From: an uncultured delta proteobacterium | Lineage (GTDB): Bacteria; Desulfobacterota; Desulfuromonadia; Geobacterales; DSM-12255 | Direction: 5' to 3' | Assembly: GCA_963787125.1 (NCBI GenBank) | Contig: CAWBBV010000007.1 | Coordinates: forward strand, 288,001 to 352,000 | Length of the DNA: 64,000 nt | Shown here: positions 22,507 through 33,922 of the stretch, one piece after another | Position numbering within the stretch: the first letter of the stretch is position 1 | How the letters are laid out: each line of letters opens with the position of its first letter | Translations under genes and position numbers: made by a program | Notes under the pieces: model-generated | Seen by the model: only the letters and a program-made list of their open reading frames with translations | Database searches by the model: none | Told to the model about the DNA's origin: nothing

Positions 22507-23901
22507 ATGCAGCTTTTGCGTAAAAAAGTCATGCAATTTATCAGGTCACACAGCTTGTTCACTCCTGGAGACAAGGTCATTGTTGCCTTCTCCGGCGGAG
22601 CTGATTCTATGGCGATGTTGGATATTCTGGCGCATCTACCGGAGTTACCGCTCAATCTTGTGGTCGCCCACTTGAATCACCGTTTGCGGGGAGATGAGTC
22701 GGATATTGATGAGCTGTTTGCGCGGCAAATTGCGGAGAAATATGCTTTGCCGCTGGAAATATCGAGAGTTGATGTCGCTGCGTTTGCAAAGGATAAAGGG
22801 TTGTCGCTGGAGGAGGCCGGGAGAGATGCAAGGCGCACCTTTCTGGCGACAGCTGCGAGGAAGCATGGCGCCTTAGCTGTTGCTCTTGGACATCACCGGG
22901 ATGATCAGGCGGAGACTTTTCTCCTCAGGCTTGTCAGGGGGGCGGCAGGGAGCGGTTTGACCGGGATGCAACCTGAAAACCGCGGAACTCTTTTTGTCAG
23001 GCCGCTGCTCTGCCTTGATCGTTCTGTAATAAAGGCTTATCTGCACAAGAGGTCACTTGCGTGGCGAGAGGACGCCAGTAACAGCGATACTAAATTTCTC
23101 CGTAACCGGATCAGGCATGAACTGCTGCCATTGCTGATGAATTATAACCCCTCCATTACAGGACTGCTCAATCAGACGGCAGAGGCGCTTGCAGCTGATG
23201 AAGAGCTGCTTGTGGCAGTGACTGAAAATGCTTTTTTGCGGCTTGGTTCAACAGTTTCTTCAGGAATCAACCTCAATATCGAGTTGCTCAAAAAAGAGCC
23301 GGAGGCACTCCGAAAAAGGCTGTACCGCAGGAGCCTGTCTGCTCTCAGAGGTGACCTTAGGCGGATATCTTCAAGACATCTGGCTGATATGGATAAGTTG
23401 ATGCTTTTGAAAAAAGGGAGCGGCAGCCTTGCGCTCCCTTTCGGGACTCTTGTGGTGAGAGAGTACAACTCATTGCTAATAACAACTAAGACTGCTACAG
23501 AATTGGTAACAACGCAGGGTGAAATAACGATCAGCAGTTGTGGTTCCTTCCGTTTGACACGCTGCCGGACGCTTACAATTGAAAACGTGGCTGCTGTCAC
23601 CATTAACCGGCAGACAGCAGATAAGGAGACCGTATTCATCGATTCCGAGCAACTCCCTTTCCCCTGGACAGTTCGCAGCTTCATTGAAGGTGATCGTTTT
23701 GTTCCTTTAGGGATGCAAGGACGCAAGAAGGTGAAGGATCTGTTCATTGATAGGAAAATCCCCTGGAATGAACGTCGTAATATTCCGATTCTTCTCTGTA
23801 ATGAGGAGATCTTCTGGGTTGGCGGGGTGCAGCTGGCAGAAAAAGCAAGAATCAGTGCACCGGCAAAAAACCTGCTCTGTTTGCGGATTGGTTACAGTTA
23901 G
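22507..23901 (+). CDS. tilS: tRNA(Ile)-lysidine synthetase
   Basis: SGGADS, HHRDDQAET, EDASN, RNRIRH. Confidence 0.96.
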   Translation: MQLLRKKVMQFIRSHSLFTPGDKVIVAFSGGADSMAMLDILAHLPELPLNLVVAHLNHRLRGDESDIDELFARQIAEKYALPLEISRVDVAAFAKDKGLSLEEAGRDARRTFLATAARKHGALAVALGHHRDDQAETFLLRLVRGAAGSGLTGMQPENRGTLFVRPLLCLDRSVIKAYLHKRSLAWREDASNSDTKFLRNRIRHELLPLLMNYNPSITGLLNQTAEALAADEELLVAVTENAFLRLGSTVSSGINLNIELLKKEPEALRKRLYRRSLSALRGDLRRISSRHLADMDKLMLLKKGSGSLALPFGTLVVREYNSLLITTKTATELVTTQGEITISSCGSFRLTRCRTLTIENVAAVTINRQTADKETVFIDSEQLPFPWTVRSFIEGDRFVPLGMQGRKKVKDLFIDRKIPWNERRNIPILLCNEEIFWVGGVQLAEKARISAPAKNLLCLRIGYS

Positions 23902-24034
23902 TCGTAGTCACGGCATGAACCGTTACGGCATTAAATCTTGTCTTGATGCCACTGTTGTGATAATTTTTGGTGAATTTGCAGTAGACTTCGCAGCGCTCCA
24001 CGAAGAGTGCTCGTTGTTATAAAAGGGGGCAATT

Positions 24035-25855
24035 TTGAACCAGTTTTATAAAAACCTTTCCTTGTGGCTTGTCATCAGCCTGATGATGATCCTTCTCTTC
24101 AATCTCTTTAATAAGCCAAAACCGGTACAGGAAAGGCTTAATTACAGTGATTTCATCACAGCTGTTGATGGTGGTAAAGTCAAGTCCGTCGTCATTGCCG
24201 GTAATGATGTTCACGGTAAGTATACAGACGGCAAGGAGTTCACTACCTACAGGCCCTCTGATGCTTCTATCTCAGAGTCATTACTTGAGAAAAAAGTTGA
24301 GGTTTCTGCCAAGCCTGAAGAGGAAAAATTCTCCTGGTTCTCAATTTTCATCTCCTGGTTTCCGCTGATCCTTTTGGTAGGTGTCTGGATATTCTTCATG
24401 CGCCAGATGCAGGCTGGCGGCGGCAAGGCGATGTCTTTTGGCAAGAGTCGCGCCAAGCTCCTGACCGAGTCGTCGGTGAAGATAACCTTTGAAGATGTTG
24501 CCGGGATAGAAGAGGCAAAGGAGGAGCTTGAGGAGATAATTCAGTTCCTTAAAGATCCGAAGAAGTTCACCAAGCTTGGTGGGCGGATTCCTAAAGGTGT
24601 CCTGCTCATGGGGCCTCCCGGTACAGGCAAAACCCTTCTTGCCCGGGCTATTGCCGGTGAAGCGGGAGTGCCGTTTTTTTCGATCTCCGGTTCTGACTTT
24701 GTCGAGATGTTTGTTGGTGTCGGCGCAAGTCGTGTCCGTGATCTCTTTGTTCAAGGGAAGAAAAGTGCTCCCTGTATCATTTTTATAGATGAGATTGATG
24801 CTGTCGGTCGCCACAGGGGCGCAGGTCTGGGTGGTGGTCATGACGAGCGTGAGCAGACGCTGAATCAGCTGCTGGTGGAGATGGATGGTTTTGAGTCAAA
24901 CGAAGGGGTCATCCTGATCGCGGCAACGAATCGCCCGGATGTTCTCGATCCGGCACTGCTGCGACCGGGGCGTTTTGACCGGCAGGTAGTAGTGCCACGG
25001 CCGGATGTCAAGGGCCGGGAGATGATTCTGAAAGTTCATGCCAAGAAAGTTCCTTTGGCCGATGATGTTAATCTTGAGCTGATGGCGCGGGGTACTCCCG
25101 GTTTTTCCGGTGCTGATCTTTCAAATGCGGTCAATGAGGCTGCTCTCTTGGCTGCCAGAAGGAACAAAGAGAAAGTAGAGATGATTGACTTTGACGATGC
25201 CAAGGACAAGGTGTTGATGGGCGTCGAGCGGCGGAGCATGGTCATTTCCGAGGAAGAGAAGAAGAGCACTGCCTTTCATGAGGCGGGCCATACCCTTGTT
25301 GCCAAACTTTTGCCTGGCAGCGACCCGATCCACAAAGTATCCATCATCCCTCGTGGCAGGGCGCTTGGTGTTACGATGCAGTTGCCGATAGAGGATAAAC
25401 ACAGTTATACCAAAGAGTCTCTGCTGGATCGCATCGCTGTTCTTATGGGAGGGCGTGCAGCGGAGGAAATTGTCTTTAACACCATGACAACTGGTGCCGG
25501 TAATGATATCGAGCGTGCTACCGATATGGCGCGCAAGATGGTGTGCGAATGGGGGATGAGTGACAAGCTTGGCCCGGTCTCATTCGGCAAGAAGGATGAA
25601 CAGATCTTTTTGGGGCGCGAGATGGCGATGCAAAAAAACTACAGCGAAGCGACTGCCGTTGAAATAGATACGGAAATTCGTAAAATAGTTGACGAAAATT
25701 ACGCCAGAGTTAAGCAGATGCTGACAGAAAACCTCGACCTGTTGCACATAATTTCGCAAGCGCTGGTAGAAAAGGAGAATCTGAGCGGAGCTGAGGTTGA
25801 TGAATTGATAAAACCTGCATCACCGGTTGCAACAGAAGCTGAAGCCGCTGTTTAA
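24035..25855 (+). CDS. ftsH: ATP-dependent zinc metalloprotease FtsH
   Basis: Two TMs, [17 protein letters not shown]. Confidence 0.99.
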   Translation: MNQFYKNLSLWLVISLMMILLFNLFNKPKPVQERLNYSDFITAVDGGKVKSVVIAGNDVHGKYTDGKEFTTYRPSDASISESLLEKKVEVSAKPEEEKFSWFSIFISWFPLILLVGVWIFFMRQMQAGGGKAMSFGKSRAKLLTESSVKITFEDVAGIEEAKEELEEIIQFLKDPKKFTKLGGRIPKGVLLMGPPGTGKTLLARAIAGEAGVPFFSISGSDFVEMFVGVGASRVRDLFVQGKKSAPCIIFIDEIDAVGRHRGAGLGGGHDEREQTLNQLLVEMDGFESNEGVILIAATNRPDVLDPALLRPGRFDRQVVVPRPDVKGREMILKVHAKKVPLADDVNLELMARGTPGFSGADLSNAVNEAALLAARRNKEKVEMIDFDDAKDKVLMGVERRSMVISEEEKKSTAFHEAGHTLVAKLLPGSDPIHKVSIIPRGRALGVTMQLPIEDKHSYTKESLLDRIAVLMGGRAAEEIVFNTMTTGAGNDIERATDMARKMVCEWGMSDKLGPVSFGKKDEQIFLGREMAMQKNYSEATAVEIDTEIRKIVDENYARVKQMLTENLDLLHIISQALVEKENLSGAEVDELIKPASPVATEAEAAV

Positions 25856-26713
25856 ATGATTCCGCCGGTGTCGTCAAAAGAGCTATGGTGTTTTAAGGAT
25901 CGCAGCATCGAGCTTTCCTCCAGACCGTGTCTCATGGGGATTCTGAATCTAACCCCCGATTCATTCTCTGACGGCAGCAGCTATCGTTCAGTTCAGGATG
26001 CTGTTGCTGCGGCCGAAAAGATGGTTGCTGACGGCGCTGATATAATTGATATCGGTGGCGAGAGTACCAGGCCGGATGCCAAGCCTGTTGATGCTACAGA
26101 AGAGTTAAGCAGGGTAATCCCGGTTATAGAGCGGCTTGCCGGCCGGGTTACAGTCCCGATTTCCATTGATACCTGGAAAGCTGAAGTCGCTGAAGCCGCT
26201 CTGAAAGCTGGCGCGCAGATCATAAATGATATCAGCGCAATGACTTTTGATCCCCAAATGGCAGAAACTGTTGCCGCATCCGGAGCAGGGATTGTCCTGA
26301 TGCACACCCGTGGCAGGCCTGCCGAGATGCAGAGAGATACCGGGTATACTGATATTGTTGCCGAGATTTCTGCTTTTCTTAAAGAACGAATCGCCGTGGC
26401 GCTTGCTGCAGGAATCAGGGTAGAACAGATTGTTGTTGATCCCGGTATCGGCTTTGGCAAAAGCGTGTCCGGTAATCTGGAGATCATCCGCAGGCTTAGT
26501 GAGTTTTCATGTCTGAACAGGCCAGTTTTGATCGGGACATCAAGAAAATCTTTTATCGGCGCAGCTCTTGGCCGAGATGTCAATGCTCGCCTTTTCGGTA
26601 CGTCTGCTTCTGTTGCGGTAGGCATGATGAACGGAGCGTCGATATTCAGAGTTCATGACGTTAGCGCTATGCGTGATTGTGTTGATATGGTAAGGGCTAT
26701 TATGAAATCATAA
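25856..26713 (+). CDS. folP: Dihydropteroate synthase
   Basis: GILNLTPDSFSDG, DIGGESTRP, DPGIGFGK, SRKS, RVHDV. Confidence 0.98.
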   Translation: MIPPVSSKELWCFKDRSIELSSRPCLMGILNLTPDSFSDGSSYRSVQDAVAAAEKMVADGADIIDIGGESTRPDAKPVDATEELSRVIPVIERLAGRVTVPISIDTWKAEVAEAALKAGAQIINDISAMTFDPQMAETVAASGAGIVLMHTRGRPAEMQRDTGYTDIVAEISAFLKERIAVALAAGIRVEQIVVDPGIGFGKSVSGNLEIIRRLSEFSCLNRPVLIGTSRKSFIGAALGRDVNARLFGTSASVAVGMMNGASIFRVHDVSAMRDCVDMVRAIMKS

Positions 26714-26725
26714 CTGTATTTTTCG

Positions 26726-27514
26726 GTGAAAGCTATGTGGGCTCTGCTGCAAAAAACTGATTGGCTGCTGACCAGCGCAGACATCCTGCTGGTCGCAATC
26801 AGTATCTACCAACTTCTTCGCTTTTTGCGCGAGTCCACTGCCGTGCGCATCTTGCTTACTCTTCCGTTAGTCATAATTGCCTATCTTTTTGCCCGCCTCT
26901 CAGGATTGATTACCTTTACCTGGCTGCTCGACAATTTTCTAACATCGATGCTCCTTGTCATGGTCGTTATTTTCCAGTATGACATTCGTCGGGCGATGCT
27001 TTCCTTCAATCGCAGCAGGGTAGCCAAAAACGGTGATGCAGAAATCGATGAAAGTGAATCTGACCTTGTTCTGCAGCAGCTTGTTGATGCTGCCCGTGCA
27101 CTGTCAGAACGGCGTAATGGCGCGCTGATAGTCATTCAGAGGGAAATGTCGCTAGAGCTTTTCATGGCTGTGGGGACGCAGATTGACGCTAAAATTACCA
27201 GTGAACTGATTACATCAATCTTTCTACCCTATTCGCCGATTCATGATGGTGCAGTGATTATCCAGAACGGCAAGCTGACGCAGGCTGGTTGCTTTCTGCC
27301 GTTAACTCAGAATCCTGATATCGCCAAGGAGCTAGGCACAAGGCATAGGGCCGCAATTGGGCTTACCGAGCTGGTTGATGCTTTGGTGATTGTTGTTTCC
27401 GAGGAGACAGGCTCAATTTCAGTCGTTTCCGGCGGGAGGATAACCAGCGATCTTGAATCTGCTGCGCTTAAGAAGCTGCTGCGGCGATTGGTCGAACCGA
27501 GGTGGTTGCAATGA
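26726..27514 (+). CDS. cdaA: Diadenylate cyclase CdaA
   Basis: Three TMs, HDGA and GTRHRAA motifs; cdaA-ybbR-glmM order. Confidence 0.93.
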   Translation: MKAMWALLQKTDWLLTSADILLVAISIYQLLRFLRESTAVRILLTLPLVIIAYLFARLSGLITFTWLLDNFLTSMLLVMVVIFQYDIRRAMLSFNRSRVAKNGDAEIDESESDLVLQQLVDAARALSERRNGALIVIQREMSLELFMAVGTQIDAKITSELITSIFLPYSPIHDGAVIIQNGKLTQAGCFLPLTQNPDIAKELGTRHRAAIGLTELVDALVIVVSEETGSISVVSGGRITSDLESAALKKLLRRLVEPRWLQ

Positions 27515-27894
27515 GCTTCCCGGTTATCCGCTCAGCTAATTTTCAGCTGAAACTGCTTTCACTGCTGCTTGCCTCTCTTCTCTGGCTTTTTGTAGCCCTT
27601 GAGACGAGCGATCAGCTGGAAATACCGCTCTCTGTGAGTTATGGCCATATCCCTGCCGGACTTGTGGTAAAGACTTCTGCTCTTTCTGGGATGTCGATCA
27701 GGATTGAAGCCCCAAAGATACTGCTTCTGCGGCAGCAGTTGAAAGGCGCTTCAGTGTTGCTCGATCTTTCCGGGGCAAGTGAAGGCAGAACAGTTTATTC
27801 AGGGTTGGAACGTTCGGTTAAGCTCGTTAAAGGGGTAAAACTGCTGGCGCTGTCGCCTGTTGATGCAGAGGTTACTCTTGTCCCTTTCAAGTAA
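27511..27894 (+). CDS. Short YbbR/CdaR-like protein
   Basis: [16 protein letters not shown] anchor plus one YbbR-like domain; ATGA overlap with cdaA. Confidence 0.75.
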   Translation: MSFPVIRSANFQLKLLSLLLASLLWLFVALETSDQLEIPLSVSYGHIPAGLVVKTSALSGMSIRIEAPKILLLRQQLKGASVLLDLSGASEGRTVYSGLERSVKLVKGVKLLALSPVDAEVTLVPFK

Positions 27895-27920
27895 AAAATG
27901 ATCTTTTCACAGGAGGGAAG

Positions 27921-29276
27921 ATGAAAAAACTGTTTGGTACCGACGGCGTCCGCGGGGTTGCCAATGTATATCCGATGACCTCAGAGATGGCGATGCAGAT
28001 TGGCCGCGCCGCCGCATATCTTTTCAAAAACGGTAATCGCCGGCACAGGATTGTCATAGGCAAAGATACAAGGTTGTCTGGGTACATGATAGAAAATGCC
28101 CTTGTCGCCGGGATCTGCTCTATGGGGGTTGATGTTCTTCAAGTCGGGCCTCTGCCGACCCCCGGCATCGCTTACATAACTTCGTCAATGCGTGCAGACG
28201 CAGGGGTTGTTATCTCCGCATCGCACAACCCTTTCCAGGATAACGGTATAAAATTCTTTTTCAAAGATGGGTTTAAACTTCCAGATGAGATTGAGCTTAA
28301 AATAGAAAAGCTGATTTTCTCTGAGAAGATCGATTCTTTAAGGCCGGTGGCAACTGAAGTTGGCAAAGCCTATAGAATGGATGATGCTGCCGGGCGATAT
28401 GTAGTCTTTTTGAAAAGTGCTTTTCCAAAGGATCTTGATCTTGCAGGGATAAAGATAGTTCTGGATTGCGCCAATGGTGCTGCTTATAAGGTTGCACCTG
28501 CAGTGCTTGAAGAGCTTGGTGCTGAGGTCATCCCGATTGGGGTTAAGCCGAATGGTACCAATATTAACGCCGGTTGTGGTTCGCTTTACCCTGAGGTAAT
28601 GAGTGAGGCGGTCAAGATTCATCGTGCTGACCTTGGCATTGCCCTTGACGGCGACGCCGACAGGGTTATTTTTGTGGATGAATTCGGCAATGTGGTTGAT
28701 GGCGATCAGATCATGGCTATCTGCGCAACCGATATGATCAAACAAAAAAAACTCCGCAAGAACACGCTTGTTGCTACAGTCATGAGCAATATGGGGCTTG
28801 ACATTGCCATGAGAAAGGCTGGCGGGAAAGTCATCAAGACTGACGTCGGTGACAGGTATGTTGTCGAGACAATGCGTAAAGGTGGCTACAATCTTGGTGG
28901 CGAACAGTCCGGCCATATGATTTTTCTGGATCATAATACGACCGGTGACGGGGTCCTCTCCGCACTGCAACTTTTGGCAATAATCCGTAGAAGCGGCAAG
29001 AGTCTGTCTGAACTTGCCGAAGTGATGATCCCACTGCCGCAGGTGCTGGTAAATGTCAGGGTTGCAGAAAAACGTGATGTGCTGGAAATTCCTGCTGCCG
29101 CCGAACTGATAAAAGCTATAGAGGCAAAGCTCGGTCTTGATGGCCGGATTCTCATCCGCTATTCCGGCACAGAACCGCTCCTTAGAATTATGATTGAAGG
29201 ACAGGATAAATATCAGATCACAGGTTGGGCAAAGGATATCGCCGAAGCCGTAGAGGCAGCTATAGGGGAGAAGTAG
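27921..29276 (+). CDS. glmM: Phosphoglucosamine mutase
   Basis: [34 protein letters not shown]. Confidence 0.98.
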   Translation: MKKLFGTDGVRGVANVYPMTSEMAMQIGRAAAYLFKNGNRRHRIVIGKDTRLSGYMIENALVAGICSMGVDVLQVGPLPTPGIAYITSSMRADAGVVISASHNPFQDNGIKFFFKDGFKLPDEIELKIEKLIFSEKIDSLRPVATEVGKAYRMDDAAGRYVVFLKSAFPKDLDLAGIKIVLDCANGAAYKVAPAVLEELGAEVIPIGVKPNGTNINAGCGSLYPEVMSEAVKIHRADLGIALDGDADRVIFVDEFGNVVDGDQIMAICATDMIKQKKLRKNTLVATVMSNMGLDIAMRKAGGKVIKTDVGDRYVVETMRKGGYNLGGEQSGHMIFLDHNTTGDGVLSALQLLAIIRRSGKSLSELAEVMIPLPQVLVNVRVAEKRDVLEIPAAAELIKAIEAKLGLDGRILIRYSGTEPLLRIMIEGQDKYQITGWAKDIAEAVEAAIGEK

Positions 29277-29277
29277 A

Positions 29278-29997
29278 ATGGCAAAACTTGGCGTAAATAT
29301 CGATCATGTGGCGACTGTCAGGCAGGCGCGCGGAGGTTTAGAGCCCGATCCAGTCGCTGCTGCCGCAATTGCTGAATTTGCGGGTGCAGATGGAATAACA
29401 GTGCACTTAAGAGAAGATCGGCGCCACATTCAGGACAGAGACCTTAATATCCTCAGAAAAACCATTAAAACCAGACTGAATCTGGAGATGGCGGCAACTG
29501 ATGAAATGGTTTCAATAGCTCAACAGCTAAAACCTGACATGTGTACTCTTGTGCCGGAGAAGCGGCTTGAACTGACTACCGAGGGTGGGCTTGATGTTCG
29601 CTGCAATATGGAACAGATAAAATCGGCAGTAGAGAGGCTGCGTGGAGCCGGGATACCGGTTTCGCTTTTTATTGATGCCGACCCTGACCAGATCAAGTCT
29701 GCCGACAAGGTCGGAGCTGATTTTATCGAGATCCATACAGGCCTGTTTGCGGAAGCTCCCGACTGGAAGAGTGAAGAAAAAGAGTTGATAAGGATCGAGA
29801 ACGGGGTGAAATTGGCACAAAAGCTCGGTCTTGGAGTAAACGCCGGCCATGGCCTTAACTACTCAAACATCAAACGGATTACAGCGATAAAGGGGATAGA
29901 AGAGTACAACATCGGCCATTCGATCATCTCAAGGGCAGTCATGGTCGGACTTGAAAAAGCAGTCAGGGATATGGCCGAGCTGGTCAGGTTTGCCTGA
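29278..29997 (+). CDS. pdxJ: Pyridoxine 5'-phosphate synthase
   Basis: [34 protein letters not shown]. Confidence 0.98.
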   Translation: MAKLGVNIDHVATVRQARGGLEPDPVAAAAIAEFAGADGITVHLREDRRHIQDRDLNILRKTIKTRLNLEMAATDEMVSIAQQLKPDMCTLVPEKRLELTTEGGLDVRCNMEQIKSAVERLRGAGIPVSLFIDADPDQIKSADKVGADFIEIHTGLFAEAPDWKSEEKELIRIENGVKLAQKLGLGVNAGHGLNYSNIKRITAIKGIEEYNIGHSIISRAVMVGLEKAVRDMAELVRFA

Positions 29998-30008
29998 GTA
30001 AAGCTTTA

Positions 30009-30938
30009 TCAGAAGTCCTGGAGCTGTTTGTACTTTTTCTTGCTTTCGGTGAGCTGGGCAGAAATTTTTTCAGGAAGGACAGCTTTAAGTTCCTTGGCAC
30101 TACTCATGAACTCATCATCTGATTTTTTTACTGCAGCAGCATATATTTCGGAGGTTCCGGCAGTGGAAGTGATAGTCGAGTGAAGTTTTGAATATGATTC
30201 ATTTAGTTTAGTTAGTGCATCTCTGCTTGCGGCGAATTTTTCTGGTGCCTTGCCAACTCGCATTACCAGGGTGTTAACATCGTTAATAGCTGATTTTGAT
30301 AATTTTTGTTCGGCTGCCGTAAGGTTGGTTGATATTCCGCTCTTCATGTCTGTAGTAAGGCGACCGCTGATCTTTATTTCAAGATCACGGGCCGACTTGA
30401 TTACCCAAATAGCCCGCACATAATTTTCAGTGTATTTTGTAGCAAGCATATCCTGATACCAGTAATAACCACCACCCGCGGAAAAAATCACGATTACTGC
30501 AAGGGCCGCCGCTAACTGTGCTGGCCCCCCTGGAAGTCTGAATCCTGATATTTTTGTAGAGGCTTTGGAGGCAGAGGTGAAAGGGTCATGGTGAACATGC
30601 GTTGTGCCCCCGATTTTTATCTTGCTGAGGATGTTAAAAGAGGCCAGCAGCTTGCCAAGCTGTTTCTTGGCAGAAGACGTTGTTTCAATAACCAGAAAAT
30701 CCGGGTAAATGGCGTGGCAGCTCAGGCAATAGATTGCAGACCCTGGACGATTGCCGCATTCAGCACAGGAGATATCATCAGCCTTATAAAGAGCCCGCCT
30801 TGCAAACGATACTTTGCGGATGACAAGGTTCGCGCTGCATTCAGAACATTTATTAAATGAACCTTCAGGGGGGATGTCGGCAGAGTCAAATTCTATCTGT
30901 GCATTACATTTTGGGCATGAAGATGTCATCTTAAGCAA
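30009..30938 (-). CDS. Zinc-ribbon (MJ0042-like) membrane protein
   Basis: CPKC/CSEC and CAEC/CLSC pairs, one TM, helical C-terminal domain; start may be ATG 30929. Confidence 0.7.
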   Translation of the reverse strand: MLKMTSSCPKCNAQIEFDSADIPPEGSFNKCSECSANLVIRKVSFARRALYKADDISCAECGNRPGSAIYCLSCHAIYPDFLVIETTSSAKKQLGKLLASFNILSKIKIGGTTHVHHDPFTSASKASTKISGFRLPGGPAQLAAALAVIVIFSAGGGYYWYQDMLATKYTENYVRAIWVIKSARDLEIKISGRLTTDMKSGISTNLTAAEQKLSKSAINDVNTLVMRVGKAPEKFAASRDALTKLNESYSKLHSTITSTAGTSEIYAAAVKKSDDEFMSSAKELKAVLPEKISAQLTESKKKYKQLQDF

Positions 30939-30971
30939 TCACCCTCTTATTAGCGAACTTAATTTCCGGAA

Positions 30972-31466
30972 TCAAAGCGCGTACCTGGAAGCCATGTCGC
31001 AAAAAGCGCCATCATCGGCGCGAATTATGTCATCCAGGCTGACATTATCTATTGTCGAAGGTGCTGTTACGCCATCAGGCCCTTTACTGTATAAATCAAA
31101 GTCTGAGTTCATTAGACCTGGCCCAGTGCGTTCTAAATGAGCGGTATCCCTGTATACGTATGGCGAACCCCAAGGGTCCAGCAAATCTTGTCCCCCTATC
31201 TGTTCAAGACTTTCTGGGATTTTACCCTGGTCTGTGGCAAAAGCAGATATCTCTTTTTCAAGATTACGTATTTCGGAGCGACACCTCGCAACTTTGGCCT
31301 TGTTTATAAATTCCGAAAATCCGACCATTGCCATTGTTGCAAGAACTCCAATTATTGAAACCACAATTAGCAGCTCTACAAGCGTAAAGCCACGGTTGTT
31401 TTGAGCAGTGCCTACAAAACCCAAACGCTTTAACCGTAAATTGGACGCTCCGTGATTAATTGCCAT
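30972..31466 (-). CDS. Type II secretion GspG-like pseudopilin
   Basis: G|FTLVE prepilin motif, DPWGSPYVY, FDLYSKGPDG. Confidence 0.85.
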   Translation of the reverse strand: MAINHGASNLRLKRLGFVGTAQNNRGFTLVELLIVVSIIGVLATMAMVGFSEFINKAKVARCRSEIRNLEKEISAFATDQGKIPESLEQIGGQDLLDPWGSPYVYRDTAHLERTGPGLMNSDFDLYSKGPDGVTAPSTIDNVSLDDIIRADDGAFCDMASRYAL

Positions 31467-31618
31467 TTTGATTGTCCATGTATACTTGATTCCACATGCG
31501 TGCGACTGAATTGATAAATTTAATGTTTTGATATTCGGTTAATTTCCGGTTATTTTCAAGCAAAAAAGCATTGTTAGGCATTATTTGTTTTTATTGGAAA
31601 GGCAGAAGGTAAAGCAAG

Positions 31619-33583
31619 ATGACCGGCAAGATCGATTCTCTCCTTAAAAAACTGAAGCTTCGCTGGAAGATGCTGGTCATGGTGCTTCCCCTTGTCATTA
31701 TTCCGATTCTCATTGTGGGCGGAGTGACCGGCTATATTGCCAATCATCATGCCTATCTGGGGATCACCCAGGCGAGTAAGGACGATCTCGATCATATGGC
31801 GAGCTTTACCATTGACCTTCTCCAGTCGCATCATCAACAGTTTCAGGTCTACAAACAGGACAAGGAGAGAATATTCAAGCAGGAGTTGGCAGCTCTGGCG
31901 ACTCTTTCATACAATATGGTTGAAGCGCAAAGCCGGCAGTTATCTGTCGGGCGGATTGATCGCAATACTGCCTTGCAAGAAGCCCGGAGCGCATTGAAAA
32001 AAGTTAACGTCGGTGAGTCAGGCTACATTTATGCGATGACCGGTGATGGCACGTTAAAGGTTCATCTGGCACGTGAGGGGGAGAATGTTTATGACGAGCA
32101 GGATGAAAAAGGGCGTTATTTTATCAGGGAGATGTGCAAAAAGGCGCGTCTTTCCAAGCCAGGCGAGGTTCTGTACATAGTTTACCCCTGGCGCAATGCT
32201 GTTCTTGGGGACCAGAGAGCCAGAAATAAAGTAGTGGCTTACAGATATCTGCGCGAATGGGACTGGATAATCGCTGCTGGCGGCTACCTTGACGAAACTT
32301 ACGACAATGAGGCGTTCGAGCGTAGCTCATTCGAGCTTCTAAGAGAGAAACTAAAGCAGAAAAAGGTTGGCACAACAGGATATATCTTCTGTATGGACCG
32401 CAAAGGGACATTCAAGATCCATCCGACAGGTGAAGGGAAGAACTTCTATAACGCCAGGGGAAATGACGGTCAACAGTTTATTCGCGAGATGTGTGAGAAG
32501 AAAAGTGGTTGGATAAGGTACTCCTGGAAAAACAGGGGGGAGTATGATTCCCGTGTTAAAATTGTCAGGTATGATTATTTTGCTCCCTGGGACTGGATAA
32601 TTGCTGTCGGCTCTTATGAAGATGAATTTTATAGCGAGGCAAATAAGATAAAATGGCGAATTATTGCCTGGATGGGGCTGCTGACTTTAATTGTAGGCCT
32701 GGGGGCAACTGCACTGGTGTTTATTGCTGCAAGAGTATTTATCGAACCGATAAACCGGATGCTGACGACAATCAGGCAGGTGAAACGTGGGCGGCTCGAC
32801 GTCCGGGTAGAGATAACTTCTGCTGATGAACTAGGTGAGCTTGGCGCGGCTTTCAACCGGATGACAGAGATGATCCAGCGTAATCGCACCCTGGAAGCTA
32901 CGCTTGCCCAGCAGGGCAAGATGGCGTCGCTCGGAGTGCTCTCTTCAGGAGTGGCTCACGAGATCAATAACCCCCTTGGTGTTATTCTCGGATATGCCGC
33001 TTATCTGGAAGGGAAGATGAGTGAGGATGATCCTGGCTATAAATATATCCACGAAATAAAGCGGGAGAGCAAGCGCTGCAAGAAGATCGTGCAGGAGCTT
33101 CTCAATTACGCCCGGACGCCGAAACCGATTCTGGCGGAGATCGATCTCAATACGCTCCTTGAACAGATAATCGATTTTGCCGCAAACCATACCGACATGC
33201 ACGATGTCAGGGTAGTAATGGAGCTGGAGAAGGGGCTGCCTGCAGTGATGCTGGATGGTGACCAGATGCGTCAGGTGGCTATCAATCTCATTCTTAATGC
33301 TGGCGCGGCAATGGGAGTAGGCGGGATACTTAAGGTTTCTACCTCCATAGAGGCTGAATATGCGGTTATCAGGTTTTGCGATAATGGCAGCGGTGTCCCC
33401 CGGGAAAATCTGGAAAAAATCTTCGAACCGTTCTTTACCACAAAAGATAAGGGCACCGGCTTGGGGCTTGCTATCACCAAGCAGATCATTGAGCAGCATC
33501 ACGGCAAAATTGCAATAGATAGTGTAGCCGGAATAGGGACGACAATCACGGTAAAGTTGCCGTTCATTCCGGAGGAGTTTTGA
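31619..33583 (+). CDS. Cache-HAMP sensor histidine kinase
   Basis: Two TMs around tandem Cache_2-like domains, HAMP ([11 protein letters not shown]), [24 protein letters not shown]. Confidence 0.93.
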   Translation: MTGKIDSLLKKLKLRWKMLVMVLPLVIIPILIVGGVTGYIANHHAYLGITQASKDDLDHMASFTIDLLQSHHQQFQVYKQDKERIFKQELAALATLSYNMVEAQSRQLSVGRIDRNTALQEARSALKKVNVGESGYIYAMTGDGTLKVHLAREGENVYDEQDEKGRYFIREMCKKARLSKPGEVLYIVYPWRNAVLGDQRARNKVVAYRYLREWDWIIAAGGYLDETYDNEAFERSSFELLREKLKQKKVGTTGYIFCMDRKGTFKIHPTGEGKNFYNARGNDGQQFIREMCEKKSGWIRYSWKNRGEYDSRVKIVRYDYFAPWDWIIAVGSYEDEFYSEANKIKWRIIAWMGLLTLIVGLGATALVFIAARVFIEPINRMLTTIRQVKRGRLDVRVEITSADELGELGAAFNRMTEMIQRNRTLEATLAQQGKMASLGVLSSGVAHEINNPLGVILGYAAYLEGKMSEDDPGYKYIHEIKRESKRCKKIVQELLNYARTPKPILAEIDLNTLLEQIIDFAANHTDMHDVRVVMELEKGLPAVMLDGDQMRQVAINLILNAGAAMGVGGILKVSTSIEAEYAVIRFCDNGSGVPRENLEKIFEPFFTTKDKGTGLGLAITKQIIEQHHGKIAIDSVAGIGTTITVKLPFIPEEF

Positions 33584-33697
33584 ATGGAGACAACTTAAGG
33601 TTGCTTGGCGACTATGGCTGCTCGGGTCAGTAAAGGCGGACCCGACGACTCTTGGAAAATGAATCCCGCAAATTTGGAATCAGTCCTCAGATAGTGA

Positions 33698-33727
33698 TTG
33701 ACTTATCCTAGAATATCGTTCTATAAA
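33698..33727 (+). promoter_or_regulatory. Candidate sigma70 promoter for the riboswitch leader
   Basis: TTGACT-18 bp-TATAAA about 25 nt before the aptamer. Confidence 0.5.
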
Positions 33728-33752
33728 AACAACACGTTAAAACAAACTAAAA

Positions 33753-33854
33753 TATATTGTCACCGAAACGGCAAAACACGGGTAACCGTGTGACGCAAAG
33801 CTACCTGTCCAATACCTGATTGGATAGAGGGGCAGTCGAAGGGCAGATGGATAT
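33753..33854 (+). ncRNA. c-di-GMP-I (GEMM) family riboswitch aptamer
   Basis: GGCAAA-ACACGG-GTAA-CCGTGT-GACGCAAAGCTA matches the GEMM-I P2 (GNRA loop) and junction consensus; second hairpin CTGTCCAAT/ATTGGATAG; terminator directly after. Confidence 0.8.
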
Positions 33855-33889
33855 AAGCCCACCATTCGTTGTGTGGGCTTTTTTATTTT
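33855..33889 (+). terminator. Leader terminator (riboswitch expression platform)
   Basis: AAGCCCAC...GTGGGCTT followed by a T-tract, ~35 nt before the ATG at 33923. Confidence 0.85.
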
Positions 33890-33922
33890 GTATTCAATTT
33901 TCTGTATTTTTGGGAGGAACCG

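Noticed and set aside
23910..23950. ACGGCAT direct repeat and GGCATTAA/TTGATGCC hairpin before ftsH
   Set aside because: Short and imperfect; matches neither CIRCE nor a sigma54 GG-N10-GC promoter.
33581..33585. TGAAT as an att site or target duplication for the block
   Set aside because: 5 bp is expected by chance and there is no integrase or tRNA; kept only as a side note.
33869..33922. Longer N-terminus for carrier 1 from the ORF track
   Set aside because: Runs through the terminator; the RBS and identity with copy 2 put the start at 33923.
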